Shown one piece after another: positions 9,090-19,439 of a stretch of DNA of 64,000 nt (position 1 is its first letter; each line of letters starts with the position of its first letter). This DNA is from an uncultured Actinomycetes bacterium (GTDB lineage Bacteria; Actinomycetota; Thermoleophilia; UBA2241), in contig CAVRZA010000004.1 of NCBI GenBank assembly GCA_963725665.1, forward strand, positions 480,001 to 544,000. Direction: 5' to 3'. The notes under the pieces were generated by a model. It made no database searches. It was not told where the DNA came from and saw only the letters and a list, made by a program, of their open reading frames with translations. Both the position numbers and the translations under genes were made by a program.

Positions 9090-9731
9090 ATGGGAGACCC
9101 GACGAGGGGTGGGCCGCCTTACGATGACCCCGAGGCGACGCAGATCGGCGCGCCGCCGGAGGGTGTGGTCGACGAGAGCGGCGCGAGCACGGGGGCGCTG
9201 AGCGCCGACGAAGCCGCGACCCGGTGGGCCCCTATCGATGGCGGCGCGCTCGAGCCCACGCGGCTGCAGCCGACCTACGCGGCGCCGACCGGTCAAGCGC
9301 CGCCGCGCCCCGCCGATGGCGGCGCTGTTCGTGGCTCGTCCGGCGTGACGGGCGCGCCCTCCGGCGCCGCCGGGACGAAGCCCCGGCGGCGCCGGAGGGC
9401 GCGCCTCAACCTCCCGCGCCTCATCGCCCCCGTCGTCTTCCTCGCGGCTGTCATCGCCGTGCTCAGTATCGCCGTCGACAGCGGCGTCATCGGCGGCACG
9501 AAGGCCGGCAAGACGCCGGCGGCCACGGCGACCGGTAAGAAGACTACGAAGGCCAGCGGTTCCCCCGTCGTCAAGGTGCGCAAGTTCTACCGCGTGAAGG
9601 CGGGCGACACGCTGAGCGTCATCGCCGAGAAGTTCCACACCACCGAGAACGAGCTCATGATCGTCAACAACCTGAGCTCGACGACGTTGCGAGTAGGGCA
9701 GAGGCTGAAACTGCCGTCGCCCAGCCCGTGA
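9090..9731 (+). CDS. Membrane-anchored LysM domain protein
   Basis: Disordered N-terminus, one TM helix (LIAPVVFLAAVIAVLSIAV), C-terminal LysM (YRVKAGDTLSVIAEKF...LRVGQRLKLP). Confidence 0.88.
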   Translation: MGDPTRGGPPYDDPEATQIGAPPEGVVDESGASTGALSADEAATRWAPIDGGALEPTRLQPTYAAPTGQAPPRPADGGAVRGSSGVTGAPSGAAGTKPRRRRRARLNLPRLIAPVVFLAAVIAVLSIAVDSGVIGGTKAGKTPAATATGKKTTKASGSPVVKVRKFYRVKAGDTLSVIAEKFHTTENELMIVNNLSSTTLRVGQRLKLPSPSP

Positions 9732-9736
9732 CCCGC

Positions 9737-9776
9737 GCGGCGGGTACCTCGCGGGGCTAAAGCCCGCGCCCGCCGC
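9737..9776 (+). terminator. GC-rich hairpin after the LysM gene
   Basis: gcggcggg...cccgccgc arms enclosing a second stem; no clear U tract. Confidence 0.35.
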
Positions 9777-9901
9777 AAAGGTCGAACCACGCACGGTCCG
9801 CGAGCGCACTTCGAACGCTGTCTCGGTCATCCCCCCAGCCTCACTGATGAGCCCGTCGCACCCCGGGTGTCGATTCCTCCCATGAATGTGGTACAAGAGT
9901 A

Positions 9902-9932
9902 TTGCATTGTGGGGAATCGTGGGGTAAAGTGG
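9902..9932 (+). promoter_or_regulatory. dcw promoter (TTGCAT-17-TAAAGT) with three MraZ boxes
   Basis: -35 at 9902-9907, -10 at 9925-9930; GTGG at 9909, 9919 and 9929 with 10-bp period, matching the known MraZ direct-repeat site. Confidence 0.85.
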
Positions 9933-9937
9933 CGCGC

Positions 9938-10378
9938 ATGTTGGGGCCGCTGCTGCTAGGGGAGTACGAGTTCACCCTCGATGCGAAGAACCGCGTCGCC
10001 GTACCCGCTCGCTTCCGTCCCGTCTTCGCCGAGGGCATCTTCGTGACGCGCGGCTTCGACCGTTGCCTGAGCGTCTATCCCCCCGCGGAGTGGGAGCGTT
10101 TCGTCGGCGAACGCACGGGCGAGCTGCCGGAGATGAGCAGCAAGGGCCGACAGGTACGGCGATTCGTCTTTGCCGGGGCGACAGCCGAGGCGCTCGACGG
10201 CCAGGGGAGGGTCAAGCTGCCGCAGAGCCTACTCGAGTTCGCCGGCATCACGAAGGACGTGACGATCATCGGGGTCTACGACCATCTCGAGGTGTGGGAC
10301 CGCGCCTCGTGGGCCGACTATCGCCAACGCATGGAGGAGGGGGCCGATGCTAGCGCAGACGAACTCACGGTTCCGTGA
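9938..10378 (+). CDS. mraZ: Division/cell wall cluster transcriptional repressor MraZ
   Basis: GEYEFTLDAKNRVAVPARFR, DGQGRVKLP and IGVYDHLEVW; first gene of the dcw cluster. Confidence 0.95.
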   Translation: MLGPLLLGEYEFTLDAKNRVAVPARFRPVFAEGIFVTRGFDRCLSVYPPAEWERFVGERTGELPEMSSKGRQVRRFVFAGATAEALDGQGRVKLPQSLLEFAGITKDVTIIGVYDHLEVWDRASWADYRQRMEEGADASADELTVP

Positions 10379-11312
10379 GTACGAGATGGTGCTCGCCCAC
10401 ACGCCGGTTCTGCTGGAGGAGCTGGTCGACCTCCTGAAACCCGCGCCGGGTGAGGTGGCCTTTGACGCCACCTTCGGCGCCGGCGGACACGCCGCCGCCG
10501 TCGCCGAGCGTCTCGGCCCGGGGGGACTGCTCGTCGCCTGCGACCGCGACCCCGGCGTGGCGGACTACTATCGCGACTTCGAGCGTCACTCGCCCTGCTT
10601 GAGCGAGCTCTACCACGGCAACTTCGCCGAGGTGCTGGCCGAGCGCGGCGACCGATCGCTCGACATCGTGTATATGGACCTCGGCGTCTCGTCGATGCAG
10701 CTCGACCGCCGCGAGCGCGGCTTCTCATACGCTCATGACGCGCCGCTCGACATGCGCATGGACCCATCGCTCCCGGTCACGGCGGCCGATCTGCTCAACG
10801 ACCTCTCGGCCGACGAGCTGACCGACATCTTTCGCCGCTTCGGTGAGGAACGATACGCGAAGAACATCGCGCGCCGGGTCGTCGCGCAGCGGGCGCGGCG
10901 GCCGCTGGAATCGACCGGTGACCTCGTCGAGATCGTCAAGGCGGCTATCCCCACGCCCGCACGGTTCGGCGCCGGGAACCCGTCGCGGCGCGTCTTCCAG
11001 GCTCTGCGCATCGTGGTCAACGACGAGCTCGAATCGCTCGCTCGCGGGCTCGACCAGGCCTACCGCGTGCTCAAGCCCGGCGGACGTCTCGGCGTGATCT
11101 CCTTCCACTCGCTCGAGGACCGCATGGTCAAGGAGTTCTTCCGCGAGAAGGCCGCCGGCTGCATCTGCCCGCCCGGCCTGCCGCAGTGCGTCTGCGGTCA
11201 CGAGCCGACGATGCGGGTGCTGACGCGCAGGCCGGTCGTCCCACGCGCGCGTGAGGTCGAGATCAACCCGCGCAGCAAGGCCGCGAAGCTGCGCGTGGCG
11301 GCGAAGCTCTGA
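10347..11312 (+). CDS. rsmH: 16S rRNA m4C1402 methyltransferase (alternative start 10386)
   Basis: HTPVLL, DATFGAGGH, DLGVSSMQLD, RGFSY, PLDMRM, ISFHSLEDR and NPRSKAAKLR. Confidence 0.96.
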   Translation: MLAQTNSRFREYEMVLAHTPVLLEELVDLLKPAPGEVAFDATFGAGGHAAAVAERLGPGGLLVACDRDPGVADYYRDFERHSPCLSELYHGNFAEVLAERGDRSLDIVYMDLGVSSMQLDRRERGFSYAHDAPLDMRMDPSLPVTAADLLNDLSADELTDIFRRFGEERYAKNIARRVVAQRARRPLESTGDLVEIVKAAIPTPARFGAGNPSRRVFQALRIVVNDELESLARGLDQAYRVLKPGGRLGVISFHSLEDRMVKEFFREKAAGCICPPGLPQCVCGHEPTMRVLTRRPVVPRAREVEINPRSKAAKLRVAAKL

Positions 11313-11323
11313 GGGGCGCCTCC

Positions 11324-11769
11324 GTGCCCTCGGCCGCGTACACCCGCGCCACCGTCTCGTCGCGGGTCTCCTTGGCGCCCAGGCTCGACGACGAGCCGTG
11401 GGACGAGGCGCTGCCGCGGGAGGCGGCGCGGGCGCGGCTCCGCGTAGCCGCAGTCGCGCCCGCAGCCGCCCCCACGCGAAGCCGCCGGCCAAGCTGCTCA
11501 TCTTCGTCGTCTGCCTGGCGCTGCTCGCCGTGGTGCGCATCAGCCTGAGCTTCGCCGTGGTGCAGAAGAACCTGGCGACGACCCGCATCGTGAACGAGCA
11601 GCGCTCGCTGGCGGCCGAGAACTCGCGTCTCGCGGAGGAGGCGGCGACCCTCTCCTCGACGCTGCGCGTGCGCAACCTGGCCGTCGACCAGCTGCACCTG
11701 GCGGCGAGCGGCACCGTGCTCTATCTGCGTGCGCACGGCGGCGCGGGACGACAGAACCGGAGCCGCTAA
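11324..11769 (+). CDS. ftsL: Cell division protein FtsL-like; probable frameshift near 11485
   Basis: Lies between rsmH and ftsI; TM helix followed by a coiled coil (QRSLAAENSRLAEEAATLSS). The SD-preceded GTG at 11324 is in a different frame from the TM part. Confidence 0.65.
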
Positions 11770-13686
11770 TGGCTGGCGGCCGCCGCGACGGGCGCGGCCG
11801 CTCCTCGGCGCCGCCCCCGCGCCGCCGCACGGGGGCCGGCAGCGGCTCGTCACGGCCAGCCACGCGTTCGTCCTCGCGCGCCGGCTCCGCTGGGCAGGGC
11901 CTGCGCTCGTCGCCCTCGCCGCGCTCCGGCCAGCTGTCGTTCGACGACGTACGGGGCGCCGGGGGCGCCGGCGGCCCCAGCGGCGCCGGCGGGGGCCGGT
12001 CGGGCGGGAGGCGGCGCCGGAGCCGGCGGAGCGGCGCCGGCGCCGCCTCGACCGACCGGCGCATTCGGTTTCTGCGGGTCGTCCTCGTCCTCGCCTTCCT
12101 GGCCGTGGGCGGAAAGGCGGTCGCGCTCGCCTCCTCGTCGTCGAACCTGGCCGCCATCGCCGCCCAGCAGCAGTTGCGGAGGATCGTGCTCCCCGCGCCG
12201 CGCGGCGCGATCCTCGACCGCAACGGCGCCGAGCTTGCCGTGGGCAAGCAACAGCGCACCGTCTTTGCCACGCCCTACATGCTCCGTGACCCGCAGGCCG
12301 CCGCACGGCGGCTGGCCCACGTCTTGCGTGTGAAGCGCCGGCCCCTTCTCAAGCAGCTCTCCGATCGCGACAGCGGCTTCGTCTACGTGGCGCGTAAGGC
12401 CGATCCGCAGCTCGCCGACCCGGCGCTGGCGCTCGACCTGCCCGGCGTCGGCGCCTACAGCGAGGAGAAACGCGTCTATCCGATGAAGACCGTGGCGACG
12501 CAGGTGGTGGGGGTGGCCGGCGTCGACAACAAGGGCCTCGAGGGCATCGAGTACCGCTACGACGGGAAGCTCTTGGGACGCGCCGGCAGTGAGGTCGTGG
12601 TGCGCGACCCGGTCGGCCGCGATCTCAAGATCGTCAAGGCGGCGGAGCCGCGGCCGGGCGTGGCCGTGCGGCTGACCATCGACCAGGCCATCCAGTTCAC
12701 GGCCGAGCAGGTACTGGCGACGACGGTGCGCCAGTACCACGCGCGCGGCGCGACGGCCATCGTCGAGAACCCCAAGACCGGGGAGATCTACGCCATGGCG
12801 AACGTGCCTCTCGTCAATGGCAACCAACTCGCCGGCGCGAGCGAGGAAGACCTGCGCAACAAGGCTGTGACGACGATCTACGAGCCGGGATCGACGTTCA
12901 AGACGATCACCGTGGCCGGCTGTCTCGAGGACGGGCTCGTGCGCCCTTCGACCCGCTTGCGCATCCCCTCCTCGCTGCTCGTCGCCGACCGCGTGATCCA
13001 CGAGGCCCACCCGCACCCGACGGAGTGGTTCACCGTACGCCGCATCGTGGCCGAGTCGAGCAACGTCGGCGCGGTAAGGCTGGGTCAGCAGCTCGGGGCC
13101 AGAACGGCTCCTCAGGTGGATCAGGGCCTTCGGTTTCGGCAAGGCCACCGGTATGGACTTCCCCGGGGAGGTCGCCGGCGCCGTGCTGCCGCTGCGGCGC
13201 TGGTCGGGATCGACCATCGGCAACGTCCCCATGGGGCAGGGCATCGCGGTGACGCCGATCCAGATGGCGGCCGCGTACTCCACGGTGGCCAACGACGGTG
13301 TCTGGGTGCAGCCGCATCTCGTCCTGCAGGTGGGCGGCGCCACGACGCCGGCGCCCAAGACCAGCCGCGTCATCTCGGCGACCACCGCGCGGCAGCTCGC
13401 CTCGATGCTGAGCGACGCCGTCTCGGTCGGCACCGGCACCAACGCGCGCATCCCCGGTTACGTCGTCGCCGGCAAGACCGGCACCGCCCAGAAGGCGATC
13501 CCCGGCGGCTACTCGACGACACGCTACGTCGCCTCGTTCGTCGGCTTCGTGCCGGCGCGCAAGCCCCAGCTGGTCGTGCTCGTGGTCGTCGACGAGCCCT
13601 CGGCCCACTTCGGGGGCGTCGTCGCCGCCCCGGCGTTCGAGAAGATCGCCAGCTTCGCCCTGCAGCACCTCGAGATCGCGCCCTAG
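11769..13686 (+). CDS. ftsI: Septal class B penicillin-binding protein; extra G near 13095-13098
   Basis: RGAILDRNG, GLEGIE, EPGSTFK (SxxK), SSNVG (SxN) and, in the shifted frame, GQGIAVTPIQMA and GKTGTAQ. Confidence 0.92.
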
Positions 13687-13734
13687 GCTGCCCTCGCCGT
13701 GTCGGCCGGCTTTCGCGAGAGGGGAGGCAGGCTT

Positions 13735-13743
13735 TGGTAGAAT
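13735..13743 (+). promoter_or_regulatory. Extended -10 (TGG-TAGAAT), internal promoter before murE
   Basis: Near-consensus TGnTANNNT 8 nt upstream of ATG 13752; no SD between. Confidence 0.55.
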
Positions 13744-13751
13744 CGCGCCGC

Positions 13752-15374
13752 ATGGACGTGGCATCCCTCCAGGCCGTGGTCTCTGACGCGACGGTCGTCG
13801 GTGACCCGGCGACCGAGGTCGCGTCGCTCGCCTACGACAGCCGGCGCGTGACCCCCGGCGCCCTGTTCTTCTGCGTCCCCGGCGTCAGCGTCGACGGGCA
13901 CGAGTTCGCCTCCAAGGCGGCGGCCGGGGGGGCGGTCGCCCTCGTTGTGGAGCACCGGCTCGAGATCGCGGTGACCCAGGTCCTGGTGCCCTCGGTCCGG
14001 CGCGCCATGGCGCTCATGTCGGCGCGCTTCTTCGGCGACCCGACCACGAAGCTGCGTGTGGTCGGTGTGACGGGGACGAACGGCAAGACGACCACGGCCC
14101 ACCTCGCGGCGCAGATCCTCGACGCGGCCGGGCTGCGGCCGGCGCTCCTCGGCACCGTCGTCAACCGCATCGGCGGTGAAGAGACGCCGGTGACGCTCAC
14201 GACGGCCGAGTCGTGCGACCTGCAGGCAATGTTCGCCGGGATGGTACGCGCGGGCGATCTGAGCTGCGCCATGGAGGCCTCCTCGCACGCGCTCGCCCTG
14301 GAGCGCGTGACCGGCATCGAGTTCGCCGCCGTGGTGTTCACCAACCTGACGCGCGATCACCTCGACTTCCACAGCGACATCGACGACTACTTCCTCGCCA
14401 AGCGCCGCTTGTTCTTGCCCGACGGCGGACGTCAGCCGCGCGCGGTCGCCGTCGTCAACGTCGGCGACGCCCACGGCCGGCGCCTCGCCGGCGAGTGTCG
14501 CGTGCCGTACGGAGACGACCTCTGGACCTTCGCCGTGCGCTCCTCGGGCGGCGAACACGTCCCCGCGAGTGGCGCGGCGCGCGGCGCGGCTACCAAGGAG
14601 GCGGCAGTGGCCGGTGCGACGGCCACGGCCGACGCGACGGCCACAGCCGACGACCTCGATCTGCGTGGCGACGGCTCGTCGTTCACGCTGCGCGTGCCGC
14701 GCCTCGGGATCGCGCGCCGCGTCGAGATGCGTCTGGCGGCGCACTTCAACGTGGCCAACGGGCTCGCCGCCGCGACGGCCGGGCTCGCCATCGGTCTGCC
14801 GCTCGGCGCCGTCGTGGAAGGTCTCGAGTCGACGGCCGGCGTGCCCGGCCGCTTCGAGGCCGTGCGCGCCGGCCAGCCGTTCACCGTCCTGGTCGACTAC
14901 TCGCACACGCCCGACTCGCTCGAGAACGCGCTGCAGGCGGCCCGCGGCGTGGCCGCGGGCCGCCTGCTGTGCGTCTTCGGCTGCGGCGGCGACCGCGACC
15001 GCGGCAAGCGGCCCCTGATGGGCGAGGTCGCTTCGCGCCTGGCCGATCTCGCCATCGTGACCTCCGACAACCCGCGTACCGAGGATCCCCTGGCCATCAT
15101 CGAGCAGATCCGCGCCGGCGTGCACCCCGAGAGGACCATCGTGGAACCCGATCGCCGGGCGGCGATCGAGCTTGCCGTAGAAGAGGCCCTCACCGGCGAT
15201 GTCGTGCTCATCGCCGGCAAAGGACACGAACGCGGACAGATCATCGGGGGCGAGAAGATCCCCTTCGACGACCGCGAGGTCGCGCTCGAGGCTCTGCGTC
15301 GCGCGGGGTACGGCGTAGCCGATGCGGCGCCCGGTGCGGGCGACGGTCGCGCCCGCGAGCGGAGCGGATCGTGA
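13752..15374 (+). CDS. murE: UDP-MurNAc-dipeptide--diaminopimelate ligase
   Basis: GVTGTNGKTTT, MEASSH, FTNLTRDHLDFH, VDYSHTPD, GCGGDRDRGKR, DNPR (DAP-type) and AGKGHE. Confidence 0.96.
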   Translation: MDVASLQAVVSDATVVGDPATEVASLAYDSRRVTPGALFFCVPGVSVDGHEFASKAAAGGAVALVVEHRLEIAVTQVLVPSVRRAMALMSARFFGDPTTKLRVVGVTGTNGKTTTAHLAAQILDAAGLRPALLGTVVNRIGGEETPVTLTTAESCDLQAMFAGMVRAGDLSCAMEASSHALALERVTGIEFAAVVFTNLTRDHLDFHSDIDDYFLAKRRLFLPDGGRQPRAVAVVNVGDAHGRRLAGECRVPYGDDLWTFAVRSSGGEHVPASGAARGAATKEAAVAGATATADATATADDLDLRGDGSSFTLRVPRLGIARRVEMRLAAHFNVANGLAAATAGLAIGLPLGAVVEGLESTAGVPGRFEAVRAGQPFTVLVDYSHTPDSLENALQAARGVAAGRLLCVFGCGGDRDRGKRPLMGEVASRLADLAIVTSDNPRTEDPLAIIEQIRAGVHPERTIVEPDRRAAIELAVEEALTGDVVLIAGKGHERGQIIGGEKIPFDDREVALEALRRAGYGVADAAPGAGDGRARERSGS

Positions 15375-16740
15375 TCCCGCTGACGCTGACCGAGGTCGCC
15401 GCCGCCTGCGGCGGGCGCCTCGTAGCCGGCGGCGGCGACCTGGTCGTCGACCGGGTCTGCACCGACAGCCGCGCGGTCGCGAAGGGAGACCTGTTCATCG
15501 GGCTGCAAGGCGAGCGCTTCGATGGCGACCGCTTCGCGGCCGCGGCGCTCAAGGCCGGCACCTCCGCCGTGGTGGTGCGCGAGCAGACGGCGGCGCGCCT
15601 GCCCAAGCGCGCGGCGAAGATCGTCGTCGACGACGGGCTCGTGGCACTAGGGCGCCTGGCCGGCCACGTCCGCGGCCGCGTGCCGGCGCAGGTCGTGGCT
15701 ATTACCGGGAGCGCCGGCAAGACGTCGACCAAGGACATCCTCGCGGCGCTCGTGCGTCCGCTGGCCCCGACCGTGGCGACGACCGGCAACTTCAACAACG
15801 AGGTCGGCGTGCCGCTGACCCTTCTCGAGGCCGACGCAGAGACGCGTGTCGTGGTCACCGAGCTCGCCATGCGCGGCCGCGGCCAGATCGCCGACCTGGC
15901 GAGGATCGTGCGGCCCGACGTCGGCGTGATCACGAACGTCGCCCCAGTGCATCTCGAGCTTGTGGGGACCATCGAGGAGGTCGCGGCCGCCAAGGCGGAG
16001 ATCGTCGGCGCGCTGGCGCGGGGCACGCTCGTGGTTCCCCGGGACGAGCCGCTTCTGGAGCGCCACCTGCGCCGCTTCCGCGGCCGGCTCGTGACCTTCG
16101 GCGGGCGCGACGCCGACGTGCACGTCGTCGACGCCGAGCGGCGCGGCGCCCGGATGCACGCCATCATCGACGCCTTCGGGCGCCGCGCCGCCTTCGATTT
16201 CAGCTTCTCGGGCTCTCACTATCTCGCCGACGCGCTGGCCGCGCTGGGAGCTTTCGTCGCCCTTGGCTACGCGCTCGAGGAGGCCAAGGCGGGTGCGCGC
16301 GCGATCGTGTTCTCGAAGCTGCGCGGGGAGCTCTCGACGCTGACAGAGGACGGCCTTCTGCTCAACGACGCCTACAACGCCAATCCAGTGTCGATGGTCG
16401 CCGCCCTCGAGCATCTGGTCGACTTGGCCGAGGGACGGCCGGCGGTGGCCGTGCTCGGCGATATGTACGAGCTCGGGCCGGGCGCGGCGGAGTTCCACCG
16501 TCGAGGTGGGGGCCGAGGTGAGCGCGCGCCGGCGTGCGCCTCGTCGCCGTCGGCGGGCTGGCGCGCGACTATCTCAGCGGCGCTCCCGGAGAGCGCTGGT
16601 ACGCGACGGTCGAGGAGTGCCTCGCGGCGCTGCCCGACCTCGTCGAGCCGGGCAGCGCCGTGCTCGTGAAGGCTTCGCGCGCCCTCGCGCTCGAACGGGT
16701 CGCCGAAGCCATCCTCGAGCGGTACCGGGAGACCGACTGA
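15371..16740 (+). CDS. murF: UDP-MurNAc-tripeptide--D-Ala-D-Ala ligase; two apparent extra bases near 16501 and 16521
   Basis: TDSR, ITGSAGKTSTK, NNEVGVPLT, NDAYNANP and LGDMYELG; C-terminal VLVKASR is in another frame ending at 16740. Confidence 0.93.
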
Positions 16741-17726
16741 TGTTCAGGGCGCTCGCGGCGGGCATCACCTCGATGGTCGTCATTCTCATCATCGGACCGG
16801 CCTTCATCGACTACCTGCGCCGCAACGAGTTCGGGCAGGAGATCCGCGAGGACGGTCCCGCGGGGCACGTCACGAAGGCCGGCACGCCGACCATGGGCGG
16901 CGTCCTCATCATGCTCGCCGTGCTCGTCCCGTTCTTCGTCTTCAGCGACATGTCGGTGGCCTCGTTCGCCGTGCTCACGGTGATGATCGGCGGCGCCCTG
17001 ATCGGCTTCGCCGACGACTGGATCAAGATCGTCAAGAAGCGCTCGCTGGGCCTCGCGGCGCGCTACAAGCTGCTCTGTCAGTTGTTGCTGGGGCTGCTGA
17101 TCGGCTTCGTCGCGCTGCGCTTCACCGGCCTCGACACGACGATCGACGTGCCTTTCTCCGACCACGGCTGGCACCTGAGCACGTTCTGGTGGTACGTGCT
17201 CATCGTGGTCGTCATCTGGTCGACGACGAACGCCGTCAACCTCACCGACGGCCTCGACGGGCTCGCCGCCGGCACCTCGGCCATCGTGCTGCTCAGCCTG
17301 GCGTCGATCGCGTTCATCATCGGTCGCGGCGAGCACGATCCGGGCATGCTCGACCTGACGGTGCTCTCGGGCTGTATCGTCGGCGCCTGTCTCGGCTTCC
17401 TCTGGTTCAACACGTTCCCGGCCGACATCTTCATGGGCGACACCGGCTCTCTCGGCCTCGGCGGCGCCATCGCCGGCATGGCCATCCTCACGCGCTCCGA
17501 GATCCTGCTGATCCTCATCGGCGGCCTCTTCGTGCTCGAGACCCTCTCGGTGATCGCCCAGGTCGTCTCGTTCAAGCTCTTCCACAGGCGCGTGCTGCTC
17601 ATGGCGCCCCTGCACCACCACTTCGAGATGAAGGCCTGGTCGGAGACGAAGATCATCGTGCGCTTCTGGATCATCGCCGCCATCATGGCCGGCACCGGCT
17701 TCGCCATCTACTACGCCAGCTTCTGA
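16740..17726 (+). CDS. mraY: Phospho-MurNAc-pentapeptide transferase
   Basis: KAGTPTMGG, GFADD, NAVNLTDGLDGL, FMGDTGS and MAPLHHHFE; TGATG overlap with murF. Confidence 0.97.
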   Translation: MFRALAAGITSMVVILIIGPAFIDYLRRNEFGQEIREDGPAGHVTKAGTPTMGGVLIMLAVLVPFFVFSDMSVASFAVLTVMIGGALIGFADDWIKIVKKRSLGLAARYKLLCQLLLGLLIGFVALRFTGLDTTIDVPFSDHGWHLSTFWWYVLIVVVIWSTTNAVNLTDGLDGLAAGTSAIVLLSLASIAFIIGRGEHDPGMLDLTVLSGCIVGACLGFLWFNTFPADIFMGDTGSLGLGGAIAGMAILTRSEILLILIGGLFVLETLSVIAQVVSFKLFHRRVLLMAPLHHHFEMKAWSETKIIVRFWIIAAIMAGTGFAIYYASF

Positions 17727-17848
17727 GCGTCGAGGGACAGGACGCGCCACCCTCGTGGCATGCCGGCTTGCGCGCCTTTGTCACAGGACGCACCGACACC
17801 GCGGCGAACCTAGGTCGATGAGCCGTCGCTGCACGTACAAGGGATGAG

Positions 17849-19435
17849 ATGACCGACCTCGCCGACATCCGTTCGCTCGCCGTCCTCGGGCTGGGCTCCT
17901 CGGGGCGCGCCGCGGCGCTCCTGGCGGCGCGCCGCCTGACCGGCGTGGCCGTCACTGCGCTCGACGCCAAGCGCGAGGAGGAGCTCGGGGCGACGCCGGC
18001 CGAGCTGCGCTCGGCCGGCGTCGCCCTCGACCTCGGTCCGCAGGCGCACCTTCCGGACAGTGTCGACCTGCTGGTGAAGAGTCCGGGGGTGCCCAACGAG
18101 AGCCCGGTCGTGCGGGCGGCGCTGGCGCGCGGGGTGTCCATCTGGGGCGAGCTCGAGTTCGCCTACCGCTTCCTCGACGCGACGACGATCGCCATCACCG
18201 GCACGAACGGCAAGACGACGACCACCGAGCTGACCGGCGCCATCCTGGCGGGCGCCGGTCTCCCGGTGGTCGTCGCCGGCAACGTCGGCCATCCCATCGC
18301 CCTAGTGCCCGGCCACGCGCCGCCGGGAGCGATCGTCGTCGCCGAGGTGTCGTCGTTCCAGATGGAGTACGTGGAGCGCTTTCAGCCGCGTGTCGCCGTT
18401 CTCCTCAACCTGACCGAGGACCATCTCGACCGCCACGGGACCTACGCCGGCTACGTGGCCGCCAAGCTCCGCCTGTTCGAGAACCAGAGCGAGGGCGACC
18501 TGGCGCTGCTCAACGGGGACGACCCCGGCGTGGCGGCGGAGCTCGAAGGGCGGTCGGCGGGAGGGCCGGCTGCCCCGGCGGGACGCGAAGCCGCGCAGAG
18601 TGCGGTCACACGTGGTGCAGGGACGCCGGAGGCGACGCGGCCGGGCGTCGCGACACCGGGCCGAGGGGCGATCCCCGGCCGCGGCCGCCTGGGTTTCTTC
18701 GCCCTGGGGACCGGGCGCGAGCCTCTGCGCGCCGGCCTCGACGGCGAGCTGCTCTGGGTCGCCGGCGACGACAGGCGGCGTGCGCCGCTCTGCCGCCGCG
18801 GCGAGCTGGCTCTCAAAGGCGAGCACAACCTGAGCAACTCGCTGGCCGCCGCGGCCGCCGCGGCGGCACTCGGGGTCGCGCCGCCCGACATCGCCGGCGT
18901 GCTCACGAGCTTTCCGGGGGTGGCACACCGGCTGCAGGTGGTGGCCACGGTCGGCGGCGTGACCTACGTGAACGACTCCAAGGCGACCAACATCGACTCG
19001 ACGCTCAAGGCGCTGACGGCGTACTCGGGGCCGGTGCACCTCATCCTCGGAGGCTACGGCAAGGGCTCGCCGTTCGACGAGCTCGCCCAAGCCTGTGTGG
19101 GCAAGATCAAGGAGGCCATCCTCATAGGGAGGGCGGCCCCGGAGCTGGAGGAGGCCTTCGCGCGGGTGGCGGCGGCCGCCGAGGCAAGGCGCAGCGGCGT
19201 GGACGCGTCACGGAGCGAGAAGAAGGGTGCCCTCGCCGGTCAATCCGCGCCGCCTCCGCCGACGGTGGCGCTCCCCGACCTGCCGGCGGCGCTCGAGCAC
19301 GCGCATCGCGCGGCGGAGCCGGGCGACGTCGTCCTCCTGAGCCCGGCCTGCGCCAGCTATGACCAGTATAGGAACTTCGAGGAGCGGGGCGAACACTTTA
19401 TGGCCATGGTCCGCGAGCTGGAGGAGAGGAGCTAG
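17849..19435 (+). CDS. murD: UDP-MurNAc-L-Ala--D-Glu ligase
   Basis: KSPGVP, ITGTNGKTTT, EVSSFQ, DHLDRH, NDSKATN and LLSPACASYDQ. Confidence 0.96.
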   Translation: MTDLADIRSLAVLGLGSSGRAAALLAARRLTGVAVTALDAKREEELGATPAELRSAGVALDLGPQAHLPDSVDLLVKSPGVPNESPVVRAALARGVSIWGELEFAYRFLDATTIAITGTNGKTTTTELTGAILAGAGLPVVVAGNVGHPIALVPGHAPPGAIVVAEVSSFQMEYVERFQPRVAVLLNLTEDHLDRHGTYAGYVAAKLRLFENQSEGDLALLNGDDPGVAAELEGRSAGGPAAPAGREAAQSAVTRGAGTPEATRPGVATPGRGAIPGRGRLGFFALGTGREPLRAGLDGELLWVAGDDRRRAPLCRRGELALKGEHNLSNSLAAAAAAAALGVAPPDIAGVLTSFPGVAHRLQVVATVGGVTYVNDSKATNIDSTLKALTAYSGPVHLILGGYGKGSPFDELAQACVGKIKEAILIGRAAPELEEAFARVAAAAEARRSGVDASRSEKKGALAGQSAPPPPTVALPDLPAALEHAHRAAEPGDVVLLSPACASYDQYRNFEERGEHFMAMVRELEERS

Positions 19436-19439
19436 CTGC

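Noticed and set aside
11769-15374. Apparent 1201-aa FtsI-MurE fusion
   Set aside because: An extra G near 13096 shifts ftsI into a stop-free frame that runs into murE. The true FtsI C-terminus (KTG motif) is in another frame ending at 13686, and murE has its own ATG and -10.
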